From positions 256,001 through 320,000 of the forward strand of contig CAWBAN010000002.1 in NCBI GenBank assembly GCA_963786935.1: DNA of 64,000 nt, given 5' to 3'. Both the position numbers and the translations under genes were made by a program. Under the pieces are notes generated by a model, which was not told the DNA's origin, searched no databases, and was given only the letters and a program-made list of their open reading frames with translations. Each line of letters begins with the position of its first letter. Positions within the stretch are counted from its first letter, which is position 1. This DNA comes from an uncultured bacterium (GTDB taxonomy: Bacteria; Krumholzibacteriota; Krumholzibacteriia; Krumholzibacteriales; Krumholzibacteriaceae). Shown here piece after piece: positions 9,284 through 19,762 of the stretch.

Positions 9284-10939
9284 ATGCGCAGATGCGCCGG
9301 GCCATTAATGGTCGTCGCGTTCCTCGCCCTGGCTTCGATGGCGGCGTCGGCAAGCGGCGATTCGCTTCGGATCAAGACGGACGACATCGTCGGCGCGGAA
9401 AAGGTAATCGGACTTGAATTCACGCAAGCCGAGCGGGACTCGATGTTTCAGGATCTGATCGACAACCTGAAAAGCTATCTGGCTCTCAGGAAGGTCGACA
9501 TCCCGAACTCGATACCGCCGGCGATGGAGTTCAATCCGATTCCCGTCGGCTTCAAGATCGAGACGGAAAAGCGCCCGTTCGCCGTGACCAAGGCGCGCAA
9601 GCTCGAACGTCCCGCGAATCTCGAAGAGCTCGCCTTCTGGCCGGTCCGCGATCTCGCCGAGCTCATCCGCACGAGGAAGATCAGCTCCACCGAGCTCACG
9701 AAGCTGTGCATCGAGCGGCTCAAGAAGTACGGCCCGCAGCTTGAATGCGTGATCACCGTCACCGAGGAGCGCGCCCTCGCGCACGCGAAGCGCGCCGACG
9801 AAGAAATAGCGAAGGGTAAATATCGTGGGCTGCTGCACGGGATCCCGTACGGCGCGAAGGATCTCCTCGCCGTCAAGGGATACCGAACGACGTGGGGCGC
9901 CATGCCGTACAAGGATCAAACGATCGACGAGGACGCGACGGTGATCCGGAAGCTCGACGACGCGGGCGCCGTGCTCGTCGCCAAGCTCACGATGGGGGCG
10001 CTCGCGTGGGGGGACGTCTGGTACGGCGGCAAAACGCGCAACCCGTGGAACCTCGAGGAGGGATCGAGCGGCTCGTCGGCCGGATCGGCCTCCGCGACGG
10101 CGGCGGGGCTCGTCCCCTTCGCCATCGGCACGGAGACGTGGGGCTCGATCGTCTCCCCGTCGACGCGCTGCGGCACGACGGGGCTTCGTCCCACATACGG
10201 GCGGGTGAGCCGCACCGGGGCGATGGCGCTCAGCTGGTCGATGGACAAGATCGGGCCGATCTGCCGCACCGTCGAGGACTGCGCGATCGTGTTCGAGGCG
10301 ATCCGCGGCGCGGACGGGATCGACCAGACGCTGATCGAAGCGCCGTTCAACTACAATCCCAAGATCGATATCAAGAAGCTGCGGGTCGGGTATCTGAAAA
10401 AGCTCTTCGACGAGAAATACGAAACCAGCGCCGCCGACTCCGCAACGCTCGTGAGGCTCCGCGAGCTCGGCTGCGAGCTCGTTCCCGTCGAGCTTCCCGA
10501 CTATCCGGTCGATGCGATCTCGTTCATCCTGAGCGCGGAGGCCGCGGCCGCCTTCGACGAGCTCACGCGCTCGGGCCGCGACGATCTGATGGTGCGGCAG
10601 ACGCGGGACGCCTGGCCGAACGTCTTCCGCGCCTCGCGGCTCATCCCCGCCGTCGAGTACATTCAGGCGAACCGCCTGCGATATCTCATCATTCAGGATA
10701 TGCAGAAGCTCGGCGTGGACGTGTGGCTCTCGCCGTCCTTCGGCGGAAGCAACTTGCTCCTCACAAATCTCACGGGACATCCCTGTGTCGTGCTGCCGAA
10801 CGGATTCGACGAGAAGGGGAGCCCGACGAGCGTCACGTTCATGGGGAAGCTCTTCGGCGAGGCGGAGCTCCTTGCCGTCGCCAAGGCGTATCAGGACGCG
10901 ACGGATTTCCATCTGAAGCATCCGCCGCTCTTCCGATAA
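9284..10939 (+). CDS. Exported amidase-signature family enzyme
   Basis: Signal peptide; YGAKDL, GSSGSSAGS, GTETWGSI (Lys-cisSer-Ser triad). Confidence 0.92.
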   Translation: MRRCAGPLMVVAFLALASMAASASGDSLRIKTDDIVGAEKVIGLEFTQAERDSMFQDLIDNLKSYLALRKVDIPNSIPPAMEFNPIPVGFKIETEKRPFAVTKARKLERPANLEELAFWPVRDLAELIRTRKISSTELTKLCIERLKKYGPQLECVITVTEERALAHAKRADEEIAKGKYRGLLHGIPYGAKDLLAVKGYRTTWGAMPYKDQTIDEDATVIRKLDDAGAVLVAKLTMGALAWGDVWYGGKTRNPWNLEEGSSGSSAGSASATAAGLVPFAIGTETWGSIVSPSTRCGTTGLRPTYGRVSRTGAMALSWSMDKIGPICRTVEDCAIVFEAIRGADGIDQTLIEAPFNYNPKIDIKKLRVGYLKKLFDEKYETSAADSATLVRLRELGCELVPVELPDYPVDAISFILSAEAAAAFDELTRSGRDDLMVRQTRDAWPNVFRASRLIPAVEYIQANRLRYLIIQDMQKLGVDVWLSPSFGGSNLLLTNLTGHPCVVLPNGFDEKGSPTSVTFMGKLFGEAELLAVAKAYQDATDFHLKHPPLFR

Positions 10940-10949
10940 GGAGGAAGAC

Positions 10950-13817
10950 ATGAAGAACGCAAGGCTCGCCATCGCCCTCTGCGGGTTGTTGCTTGTCGCG
11001 TTCGCAGCGGCGCCGAACGCGGACGCCGCGCCCGTCGCCGGCGCCGCGCCGGCCGCTCGCGACAAGGGCCCGCAGGTGCGGCTCGAAGATCCCATTCCGA
11101 TGGATCCGGAGGTGACCATCGGAAAGCTCGACAACGGTCTCACCTACTACATCAGGGTGAACAAGGATCCCGAAAAGCGCGCCTATGTCATGCTCGCCGT
11201 CAACGCGGGCTCCGTGCTCGAGGACGACGATCAGGTGGGGCTCGCGCATTTCGTGGAGCACATGGGATTCAACGGGACGAAGCACTTCCCGAAGCAGGAG
11301 CTCATCAAGTATCTCGAATCGGTCGGCGTCGCGTTCGGCTCGCAGGCGAACGCGGGCACCGGCTTCGACCAGACGGTCTACCGCCTCACGATTCCGACCG
11401 ACACGGCCGAGATCGTGGAGAAAGCGTTTCAGGTGCTCGAGGACTGGTCCCGGTGGATCAACATGGAGGACGAGGAGATCGAGAAGGAGCGCGGGGTCAT
11501 CGTCGAGGAGTGGCGGCTCGGGCTCGGCGCCGGCGAGCGGATATTCAACAAGCAGCTCCCCGTGCTTCTCAAGGACTCGCGTTACGCGCTGCGCCTCCCC
11601 ATCGGGAACAAGGACTCGCTCCGGACGTTCAAGCCCGAGGCCGCCCGGCGCTTCTACCGCGACTGGTACCGCCCCGATCTGATGGCCGTCGTCGCGGTCG
11701 GCGATTTCGATCCGAAGTGGATCCGGACGCTCATCGAGCAGCACTTCGCGGGGATGCCGCCGGTCGAGCATCCACGGCCCCGGACGGAGTTTCCCGTGCC
11801 CGATCACGTCGAGACCCTCTACTCGATCGAAAGCGATCCGGAGATGACGGGGACCAGCATCACGCTCTACTTCAAGAGCGATCCGCTTCCCGAGAAAACG
11901 CTCGCGGATTACCGGCGGGACCTCGTGTTCCGGCTGCACGAGGATATGTTCAGGCAGCGGCTCGCCGAGCTCAGCCAGAAACCGGATCCGCCGGTGCTCG
12001 GCGCGATGGTCCGCGACGGGCGCTTCGTGCGGTCGAAAGAATCCTACTTTCTCGCGGCCTCCGTCAAGGAGGGCGGGCTCGACCGCGGGCTCGAGGCAAT
12101 GCTCACGGAAGTGGCGCGGGTGAAAAAGTACGGATTCATCGAGCCTGAGCTGCAGCGGGTGAAGGAGCGCTGGATCCGGGTCAGCCAGTGGTCGGATCAA
12201 CGCGAGAAGGTCAAATCCGACACGTACGCCGGTCAGTGCCTGAGCCACTTTCTAAACGGCGACCCTATCGTGAATCCGGCGACGCAGCTCAATCTGTACG
12301 AGCGCCTCATGCCGGGAGTCTCGCTCGCGGAAGTCAACAAGCTGAGCGAGCAGTGGTTCGGATCGGGAAACTGCGTGATAACCGTCAGCGCGCCCGAAAA
12401 AGAAGGGCTCGCGCTCCCGACCGAGGACGAGCTGCGGTCCGTGTTCGCGCGTGTCGAGCGGGCCCCCGTCGAGCCGTACACCGAGAAGGAGATGGAGAAG
12501 CCGCTTCTCGCCAAGACGCCGAAGCCCGGCAAGATCGTCAAGGAATCGAAGCGTCCCGCGCTCGGAATCACCGAGTGGACCCTCTCGAACGGCGCACGCA
12601 TCATTCTCAAGCCGACCGATTTCGACCGCGAAAGGATGTTCTTCACCGCGTTCAGCCCGGGCGGATTGTCGCTCGTGTCGAACGGGGATCTCAGGTCCGT
12701 CGTCTACGGGCAGCAGGTGATCCAGTCGTGCGGGGTGGGGGACTTCGGCAGGGAGGATCTCAAGAAGAAGCTGATGGGCTCGATCGCATCGGCGGGCGTT
12801 CAGCTCTATGAGCTCACCGATAACTGCGAGGGGAAAGCGTATGCGAAGGATATCGAGACGATGTTCGAGCTCCTCTATCTGAGATTCACCGCGCCCCGCA
12901 TGTGCGACGACGAGTTCAAGGCGGCTCTCGTCAAGATAAGGGAATACGTGAGGAACAAGAACGCCGATCCGCAGCGGGTTTTTCAGGACACGGTGCAGGC
13001 GACGATAACCCGCTACAATCCGCGCTACCGCCCGATGACCGAGGCGGCGGTCGATTCGCTCGATCTCGGGACGGCGTTCCGCGTCTATCAGGACCGCTTC
13101 GCCGACGCGAGCGACTTCACGTTCATCTTCTACGGCGACTTCGAGCCGGATAAGATCAAACCGTACGTGCAGGCCTATATCGGCGGCCTGCCGTCCCTGA
13201 AACGCGGCGAGACCTGGCGGGATCTCGGCATCGTGCCCCCCGCGGGAGTCGTGAAGAAGGTCGTTCACAAGGGGATCGCGCCGAAAGCCTCCGTGTACCT
13301 CGCCTTCACGGGGCCCTACGAGTGGTCCCGCGAGAACCAGTGCGCGATGAATCTCATGACGGAGGTGCTTCAGACGAAGCTCCGCGAGGTCATCCGCGAG
13401 GAAAAGAGCGGCACCTACGGGGTCGGGGTGTGGGGGGGCGGCGAAAAGTATCCCCGCCAGAAATACCAGATTTCCATCAGCTTCGGATGCGATCCCGCGC
13501 GTGTCGACGAGCTCGTGGCGGCCGTTTTCGCTCAAATCGATACACTCCAGATGAACGGCCCCGGCGAGAGCTACGTCCAGCGGGCGAAGGAGACGAAGAA
13601 GCGCTATTTCGAGGAGAAGATGAAGGAAAACGGATTCTGGGCGGGAAACCTCCGCGAGGCCTATTTCCTCGGGGAGAATCCCGACGACATTCTCAAGGAT
13701 CCGGAGACGATCGCGACGATGAGCCCCGCGCGCATCCGGGACGCGGCGCGCGCGTATCTCAACGCGAGCAACTACATGCAGTTCGTCCTCATGCCCGAAC
13801 AGGAGGGCGGGAAATAG
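10950..13817 (+). CDS. M16 family zinc protease (PqqL-like), copy 1
   Basis: Signal peptide; GLAHFVEHMGFNGT (HxxEH), KERGVIVEEWR, WYRPDLM. Confidence 0.95.
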   Translation: MKNARLAIALCGLLLVAFAAAPNADAAPVAGAAPAARDKGPQVRLEDPIPMDPEVTIGKLDNGLTYYIRVNKDPEKRAYVMLAVNAGSVLEDDDQVGLAHFVEHMGFNGTKHFPKQELIKYLESVGVAFGSQANAGTGFDQTVYRLTIPTDTAEIVEKAFQVLEDWSRWINMEDEEIEKERGVIVEEWRLGLGAGERIFNKQLPVLLKDSRYALRLPIGNKDSLRTFKPEAARRFYRDWYRPDLMAVVAVGDFDPKWIRTLIEQHFAGMPPVEHPRPRTEFPVPDHVETLYSIESDPEMTGTSITLYFKSDPLPEKTLADYRRDLVFRLHEDMFRQRLAELSQKPDPPVLGAMVRDGRFVRSKESYFLAASVKEGGLDRGLEAMLTEVARVKKYGFIEPELQRVKERWIRVSQWSDQREKVKSDTYAGQCLSHFLNGDPIVNPATQLNLYERLMPGVSLAEVNKLSEQWFGSGNCVITVSAPEKEGLALPTEDELRSVFARVERAPVEPYTEKEMEKPLLAKTPKPGKIVKESKRPALGITEWTLSNGARIILKPTDFDRERMFFTAFSPGGLSLVSNGDLRSVVYGQQVIQSCGVGDFGREDLKKKLMGSIASAGVQLYELTDNCEGKAYAKDIETMFELLYLRFTAPRMCDDEFKAALVKIREYVRNKNADPQRVFQDTVQATITRYNPRYRPMTEAAVDSLDLGTAFRVYQDRFADASDFTFIFYGDFEPDKIKPYVQAYIGGLPSLKRGETWRDLGIVPPAGVVKKVVHKGIAPKASVYLAFTGPYEWSRENQCAMNLMTEVLQTKLREVIREEKSGTYGVGVWGGGEKYPRQKYQISISFGCDPARVDELVAAVFAQIDTLQMNGPGESYVQRAKETKKRYFEEKMKENGFWAGNLREAYFLGENPDDILKDPETIATMSPARIRDAARAYLNASNYMQFVLMPEQEGGK

Positions 13818-13843
13818 CTTTTGTCGGCGCGCGCCGGTTAGGA

Positions 13844-13888
13844 TTGCCGCGATTGGATTGTCCTTATATATTGTAAGAGGATAATCCA
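13844..13888 (+). promoter_or_regulatory. Putative sigma70 promoter with overlapping inverted repeat before second M16 gene
   Basis: TTGCCG-17-TATATT; TGGATTGTCCT...AGGATAATCCA (10/11) inverted repeat; AAGGAGG RBS follows. Confidence 0.55.
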
Positions 13889-13904
13889 TCACAAGGAGGC
13901 TGCC

Positions 13905-16754
13905 ATGAACAGGTTGGGGATCGTTCTTGCCACGCTCGCCGCCGTATGCATCCTCGGTTTGCTCCCCGCGTCGAGCGGCGCCCGTCCAGCCAAGCCCGAG
14001 CCCGGCCGCGAGGCTCGGCTCGATGACCCCATTCCGGCCGACGCCAAGGTCATCACCGGCACCCTGGCAAACGGGATGCGGTACTACATCCGGGAGAATA
14101 AATGGCCCGAGGAGCGCGCGAGCATCCGGCTCGTGGTGAACGCGGGCTCCGTTCTCGAGGACGACGACCAGCTCGGTCTGGCGCACTTCGTCGAGCACAT
14201 GGGCTTCAACGGGACGAAGCGTTTTCCGAAACAGGAGCTCGTCAGGTATCTCGAATCGGTCGGGGTGAACCTCGGATGCGGCGGCGTCAACGCCTCGACG
14301 GGCTTCGACCAGACGATGTATTACATGAGCGTTCCAACCGACAAGCCGGACGTCGTCGAGACCGCGATGCGGATCTTCGGCGACTGGGCGCACGGCGTGA
14401 GCATGGAGGACGCCGAGGTGGAAAAGGAGCGCGGCGTGATCCTCGAGGAGTGGCGCCTGTGGCTCGGGGCGGGAGACCGTCTCTGGGACAAGCACGCCCC
14501 GGTGCTGTTCAAGGACTCGCGTTACGCGGCGCGCCTCCCGATCGGCACGAAGGAGTCGATCACCACGTTCAAGCCCGAAGCGCTCAGGCGTTTCTACACC
14601 GACTGGTATCGCCCCGATCTGATGGCGATCATCGCGGTCGGGGACTTCGACGCCGAGCGGATGCGGAAGCTCATCGAAGAAAACATGGGGCCGATTCAGC
14701 CCGTCGCAAATCTGCGCCCGCGCCCGACGTATCCCGTTCCCGATCATACGGAGATGCTCTTCTCCATCGAGAGCGATCCTGAAGAGACGGGGATGAGCGT
14801 CGGCATGTACTTCCTGACCGATCCGAAGCCGATGAAGACGCTCGCCGATTACCGCGGCAAGCTCGTCCGGCGTTTCCAGGATCTGCTGTTCCAGCAGCGC
14901 CTCGTCGAGATGACGAAGAAAGCCGACTCTCCGGTGCTCGGCGCGCGCCCGCTCTCGGGGCATTTCGTCCGGTCGAAGGATGCGCATTACGTCGGCGCAT
15001 GGGTGAAGGAGGATCGTGTCGAAGAGGGATTCGACGCGGTGCTCACGGAGATCGCGCGCATCGAGCAGCACGGCTTCTCCGAGGGGGAGCTCGGCCGGGT
15101 GAAGAAGGATTGGAAGCGCTTCGGCGAGTGGTGGGACCAAGGGGAAAAGACGGGGTCCGAGTACTACGCCAACCAGTGCCAGAGCAACTTTCTGAGAGGC
15201 GATCCCATCATCAACCACGCAATCGAGAGCGACCTCTACGATCAGCTCGTTCCGGGAATCACGCTCGACGACGTCAACAAGGCGCTCTCGGAATGGTTCG
15301 ACGCATCGAGCCGCGCGATTCTCGTGAGCGCGCCGAAAAAAGAGGGATTGGCGCTTCCCTCGGAGCAGTCGCTCCGCCTCGTCTTCGATCGTGTCGCCAA
15401 GAAGGAGGCGCCGGCGTTCGCCGACGATTTCAAGCCGCAGCCGCTCCTCGCGGAAGAGCCGCGCCCCGGCCGGATCGTCAAAGAAACGAAAATTCCCGAG
15501 CTCGAGGTCACCGAATGGACCCTTTCGAACGGCGTGCGCGTGCTCCTGCGGCCGACTGATTCCGATACGCAGCGCGTCTTCTTCGAGGCCCGGAAGCCCG
15601 GCGGCTCGTCGCTCCTCTCCGACCGCGACTATCGCGAACTCATACCGCTGCGCTATCTGCTCGAATGCGGCGTCGGCAATATCGACCGCGTCACGCTCAA
15701 GAAGATGCGCATGGGAACGATCGCCCACGCCTCTCCCGACGTATGGCCCCTCTACGAGCTCGTCGACGGGAAGGCGTACATGAAAGACCTCGAAACGATG
15801 TTCGAGCTCATATATCTCAGGTTCACCGCGCAGCGCGGCTGCGACGAGCAGTTCCAATCGTGGATGGCTCAGGAGCGCGAATGGCTCAAGAACAGGAACG
15901 CGGAGCCCCGCGTCGCATTCGACGATACGGTGCGGATGGTGCTGAGCCAATACCATCCGCGGAGGATGCCGCTCACCGAGCAGCAGCTCGATTCGATGAG
16001 CCTCGAGAGGGCCATGAAGGTCTATCGCGACCGCTTCGCCGACGCGAGCGGATTCATGTTCGTGTTCACGGGCAATTTCGAACCGGAGCTGCTGCGTCCG
16101 CTCGTCACGACTTACATCGGATCGCTCCCCTCGCTCAACCGCGTGGAGACGTGGCGGGATCTCGGCATCCGGCCTCCGAGCGGGGTGGTGAAGAAGATCG
16201 TTCGTCGCGGCATCGAGCAGCAGGCCGAGGTGCAGATATGCTTCACCGGCCCGGCCGAATGGTCGCGCGGGAACGAGATTGCGCTGCAAACGATGGGGGA
16301 GGTCTTCGGCAAGAAGCTCCGCGAGGTGGTCCGCGAGGACATGAGCGCGACGTACCATATCGGCTCGTATGCGGGCATGGACGAGTTTCCGGCTCCGCGG
16401 TACGAGATCTGGATCACCTTCGGCTGCGCGCCGGAGCGGGTCGACGAGATATTGAAGGCTGTTTACGTGCAGATCGACAGCTTGAAGACGAAGGGGCCCG
16501 AAGAACGCCATGTCGCGGCGATCAAGGAAACAACGAGAAAGCGCTACGAAACGCTGACGGAGAAAAGCTGGTACTGGGAACGGGAGCTCCTCGATGCCTA
16601 TCTCCGCGGCGAGGATCCCCGGAACATTCTCCTGGAGCCGGAGCTCGCGGTCGCCTTCGACGCGCGCAGCATTCAGGAGACGGCGCGCAAGTACTTCGAT
16701 ATGGGCAACTACATCGAGATGATCCGGCTGCCGGAGAAGGGGAGCGGGAAATAG
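13905..16754 (+). CDS. M16 family zinc protease (PqqL-like), copy 2
   Basis: Same motifs as copy 1 (HFVEH, KERGVILEEWR); colinear paralogue. Confidence 0.95.
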   Translation: MNRLGIVLATLAAVCILGLLPASSGARPAKPEPGREARLDDPIPADAKVITGTLANGMRYYIRENKWPEERASIRLVVNAGSVLEDDDQLGLAHFVEHMGFNGTKRFPKQELVRYLESVGVNLGCGGVNASTGFDQTMYYMSVPTDKPDVVETAMRIFGDWAHGVSMEDAEVEKERGVILEEWRLWLGAGDRLWDKHAPVLFKDSRYAARLPIGTKESITTFKPEALRRFYTDWYRPDLMAIIAVGDFDAERMRKLIEENMGPIQPVANLRPRPTYPVPDHTEMLFSIESDPEETGMSVGMYFLTDPKPMKTLADYRGKLVRRFQDLLFQQRLVEMTKKADSPVLGARPLSGHFVRSKDAHYVGAWVKEDRVEEGFDAVLTEIARIEQHGFSEGELGRVKKDWKRFGEWWDQGEKTGSEYYANQCQSNFLRGDPIINHAIESDLYDQLVPGITLDDVNKALSEWFDASSRAILVSAPKKEGLALPSEQSLRLVFDRVAKKEAPAFADDFKPQPLLAEEPRPGRIVKETKIPELEVTEWTLSNGVRVLLRPTDSDTQRVFFEARKPGGSSLLSDRDYRELIPLRYLLECGVGNIDRVTLKKMRMGTIAHASPDVWPLYELVDGKAYMKDLETMFELIYLRFTAQRGCDEQFQSWMAQEREWLKNRNAEPRVAFDDTVRMVLSQYHPRRMPLTEQQLDSMSLERAMKVYRDRFADASGFMFVFTGNFEPELLRPLVTTYIGSLPSLNRVETWRDLGIRPPSGVVKKIVRRGIEQQAEVQICFTGPAEWSRGNEIALQTMGEVFGKKLREVVREDMSATYHIGSYAGMDEFPAPRYEIWITFGCAPERVDEILKAVYVQIDSLKTKGPEERHVAAIKETTRKRYETLTEKSWYWERELLDAYLRGEDPRNILLEPELAVAFDARSIQETARKYFDMGNYIEMIRLPEKGSGK

Positions 16755-17410
16755 AACCGTCGAACGGGAAGAAGACGAATCCCTGGCTCTCGGTGCCCGC
16801 GGCCGATTACGAGGGGCACATGGGGAGCCCCGGCGTGCGGCAGCTCGAGTTCCTGAGCAGGGTATTCGGCGGGCTCATGACCGAGTACGCCCCCGAATCG
16901 CTCCTCCTCCTCGGATGCGCGACGGGAAACGGGCTCGAGCGCGTCGATCCCGGGCGCACCCGCAGGCTCGTCGGCCTCGACATCAATCCGGAGTATCTGG
17001 AAATCTGCCGGGAGCGTCACGGGAAGAGACTGTCCGGGCTCGAGCTCGTCTGCGCCGACTTCGCGTCCTTCGAAACGGCGAGCGCCTCATTCGATTTCGT
17101 GCACGCGGCGCTCTTCTTCGAGTACGTCGATCCGGAATCGGCGATGCGGAAGATCTCGCGCTGGCTCGAGCCGGGTGGTATCCTCGCCGTCGTGCTCCAG
17201 CTGCCGCACGGTTCGGGCGGGAACGTCTCGGAGACGGAATTCGAGGGCGTGAAGATACTCGAGCCCGCGATACGGCTCGTCGATCCCGATGTCTTCCGGC
17301 GCCTCGCACGACGGTTCGGATTCTCCGAGGCGCGCTCTTCGAGGGAGCGGCTCGGGAGCGGCAAGGAATTCTTCACGGGTGTGTACCGTCTCGATGGCTC
17401 GCGCGAATAG
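16751..17410 (+). CDS. Class I SAM-dependent methyltransferase (start uncertain)
   Basis: [40 protein letters not shown]; first ATG is 16820. Confidence 0.8.
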   Translation: MEPSNGKKTNPWLSVPAADYEGHMGSPGVRQLEFLSRVFGGLMTEYAPESLLLLGCATGNGLERVDPGRTRRLVGLDINPEYLEICRERHGKRLSGLELVCADFASFETASASFDFVHAALFFEYVDPESAMRKISRWLEPGGILAVVLQLPHGSGGNVSETEFEGVKILEPAIRLVDPDVFRRLARRFGFSEARSSRERLGSGKEFFTGVYRLDGSRE

Positions 17411-17966
17411 ACTGATATTGTTCAACAAGCCGTTCCAGGTGCTGTGCCAGTTCAGCGGCGGAGGCCCCGGGCGGATCACGCTCGCCGAATTCATCAGAGT
17501 CCCCGGCGTGTATCCCGCGGGGCGGCTCGATAGCGACAGCGAGGGGCTCCTGCTCCTCACGGACTCGGGCGCGCTGCAGCACGCGATCACCGATCCCGGC
17601 CGCAAAACGGAGAAGACGTACCTCGCGCAGGTGGAAGGCTCGCCGGGGCGCGACGCATTGGAGCGTCTCAGGCGCGGCGTGCGGCTTCAGGACGGGATGA
17701 CGCTCCCGGCGAAGGCGCGGCTCGTCGATGAGCCCGACATCTGGCCGCGCGTGCCGCCGATACGATTCCGGAAGAGCATACCGACGGCGTGGATCGAGCT
17801 CGCGATCGTCGAGGGGCGAAACCGACAGGTGCGGCGGATGACGGCCGCCGTCGGCCATCCGACGCTGCGCCTCATCCGCGTGCGCGTCGGTCAATGGGAG
17901 CTCGGGGCGCTGGAGCCCGGCACATGGAGAGAGATCGAGGTTCGCGTTCCGGAGGGATCGAAATGA
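17394..17966 (+). CDS. Pseudouridine synthase, RsuA family (RluE-like)
   Basis: [36 protein letters not shown]; no S4 domain. Confidence 0.9.
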   Translation: MARANRLILFNKPFQVLCQFSGGGPGRITLAEFIRVPGVYPAGRLDSDSEGLLLLTDSGALQHAITDPGRKTEKTYLAQVEGSPGRDALERLRRGVRLQDGMTLPAKARLVDEPDIWPRVPPIRFRKSIPTAWIELAIVEGRNRQVRRMTAAVGHPTLRLIRVRVGQWELGALEPGTWREIEVRVPEGSK

Positions 17967-18991
17967 AAGCGATGGTCCTGAACAAGATCGTCAGTCTCGA
18001 CGAGACGGCGGCGCCGCTCGCCCTCACGGAGCTTCCCGCGCCGGCGCCGCGCGACAACGAGATTCTCGTCAAGGTGTCCGCGTGCGGCGTTTGCCATACG
18101 GAGCTGGACGAAATCGAGGGAAGAACGCCGCCGCCGCGGCTCCCCGTCATTCCCGGCCATCAGGTCGTCGGGCGCGTGGCGGGCGCGGGCCGCGCCGCGA
18201 AGAAATTCCGCTCCGGCGATCGCGTCGGCGTCGCGTGGATTCACTCGGCGTGCGGAGAGTGCGCCTTCTGCCGTTCGGGCCGCGAGAACCTCTGTGCCGA
18301 TTTTCGCGCGACGGGGCGCGACGCCGGCGGCGGCTACGCCGAATACATGACGGTGAGCGAGGATTTCGCCTTTTCGATCCCCGCGATCTTCACCGACGCC
18401 GAGGCCGCGCCGCTCCTCTGTGCGGGCGCGGTCGGATACCGCTCGCTCCGCCTCGCGAACCTCGAGAACGGGCACGGCCTCGGGCTCACCGGATTCGGCG
18501 CCTCCGGGCATCTCGTGCTCATGATGGCGCGGCACAAATATCCCGCCTCCCGCGTGTTCGTTTTCTCGCGGAGCCCGCGCGAGCGAGAATTCGCGATCGA
18601 GCTCGGCGCCTCATGGGCCGGCGACATCGGCGCGGACGTCCCCGAGCCGCTCTCGGCGATCATCGATACGACCCCGGCATGGCGGCCGATCGTCGAGGCC
18701 CTGAAGAACCTCGCGCCCGGCGGCCGCCTCGTGATCAACGCGATTCGCAAGGAGGAGCGCGACAAGGAGGCGCTGCTCCGGCTCGATTATTCCTCTCATC
18801 TCTGGATGGAACGGGAGATCAAGAGCGTGGCGAACGTGACGCGCGCCGACGTGCGCGAGTTTCTCGATCTCGCCGCCGCCGTTCCGATCCGGCCCGAGGT
18901 CGAGGAGTTCCGTTTGGAGGACGCCAACCGGGCGCTCGCCGAGCTCAGGGAGCGCAAAATCAGGGGCGCGAAGGTCCTCATGATTGCGTAG
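17963..18991 (+). CDS. Zinc-dependent alcohol dehydrogenase family protein
   Basis: CGVCHTE, GHQVVG, CGECAFC-x7-[10 protein letters not shown]. Confidence 0.92.
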   Translation: MKAMVLNKIVSLDETAAPLALTELPAPAPRDNEILVKVSACGVCHTELDEIEGRTPPPRLPVIPGHQVVGRVAGAGRAAKKFRSGDRVGVAWIHSACGECAFCRSGRENLCADFRATGRDAGGGYAEYMTVSEDFAFSIPAIFTDAEAAPLLCAGAVGYRSLRLANLENGHGLGLTGFGASGHLVLMMARHKYPASRVFVFSRSPREREFAIELGASWAGDIGADVPEPLSAIIDTTPAWRPIVEALKNLAPGGRLVINAIRKEERDKEALLRLDYSSHLWMEREIKSVANVTRADVREFLDLAAAVPIRPEVEEFRLEDANRALAELRERKIRGAKVLMIA

Positions 18992-19043
18992 CGATGGATA
19001 GGCTGCCCGCCTCCGCCCATCATTTGCGATTCGATCTTTCCTG

Positions 19044-19059
19044 CGGCATGGAGCTTGCA
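19044..19059 (+). promoter_or_regulatory. Putative sigma54 (-24/-12) promoter
   Basis: CGGCATGGAGCTTGCA: GG-N10-GC with TTGCA, close to TGGCACG-N4-TTGCW. Confidence 0.6.
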
Positions 19060-19122
19060 AGTTATCCCCTCGAAGACGCGCTTTGGACCGGGGGGAAAGG
19101 CGCCAAAGAAAGGCGCTAACCG

Positions 19123-19680
19123 ATGGAAATAAAAGGACTTGTGATTCAGGCCCGCAAGGAGTACATCGAGAAGGATTTCGGCCCGGAGGCATTGCAGAAA
19201 GTCCTCGATGCACTGCCGCCTGACGACAGAAAAACGCTTACCAATCTGATCCTGACGGCGAACTGGTATCCGTTCGAGGTCGGGGAGCGTCTCGATCGGG
19301 CGATCGTCAACGTCCTCGGCGGAGGCAGGGAGAAGTTCTTCGAGGATATCGGCGCGCAATCGGCCCGGCGCGGCCTGACGAAGGTTCACAAGTCGTTTCT
19401 CGCCCCCGGCGACCCGCAGGCGTTCATGAAGAAGTGCGACATCATCTACAAGTTCTACTACGACACGGGACGCCGCGAATACACGCCGACCGGTCCCACG
19501 TCGGGCGTCATGACGACGATCGACGCCAAGACGTTTTCCATACCGGACTGCCTCACCGTTCTCGGCTGGCATAAAGAAGCGCTCCGCATGTGCGGAGCGC
19601 GCAATGTCGAGGGCTATGAGGAAGAGTGCCGCGCCAAGGGCGGGAGCTGCTGTCGCTACCGGTTCAAGTGGAGCATGTAG
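19123..19680 (+). CDS. Stand-alone V4R/H-NOX-like (DUF2378-like) ligand-binding protein
   Basis: IKG...FGPEAL..VL, WYPF, C-terminal ECRAKGGSCCRYRFKW. Confidence 0.65.
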   Translation: MEIKGLVIQARKEYIEKDFGPEALQKVLDALPPDDRKTLTNLILTANWYPFEVGERLDRAIVNVLGGGREKFFEDIGAQSARRGLTKVHKSFLAPGDPQAFMKKCDIIYKFYYDTGRREYTPTGPTSGVMTTIDAKTFSIPDCLTVLGWHKEALRMCGARNVEGYEEECRAKGGSCCRYRFKWSM

Positions 19681-19762
19681 CAGCGCCGCGCGGGGCGCCC
19701 GGCCCGCATGAGGCGCCGCGCAGCGCGGATTGAGCGCGCGCCACGCCTCGAAGCGCGCATCG

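Noticed and set aside
12252..16511. 1419-aa minus-strand ORF
   Set aside because: Antisense shadow of the two M16 genes; GC-rich codon usage removes antisense stops; no motifs
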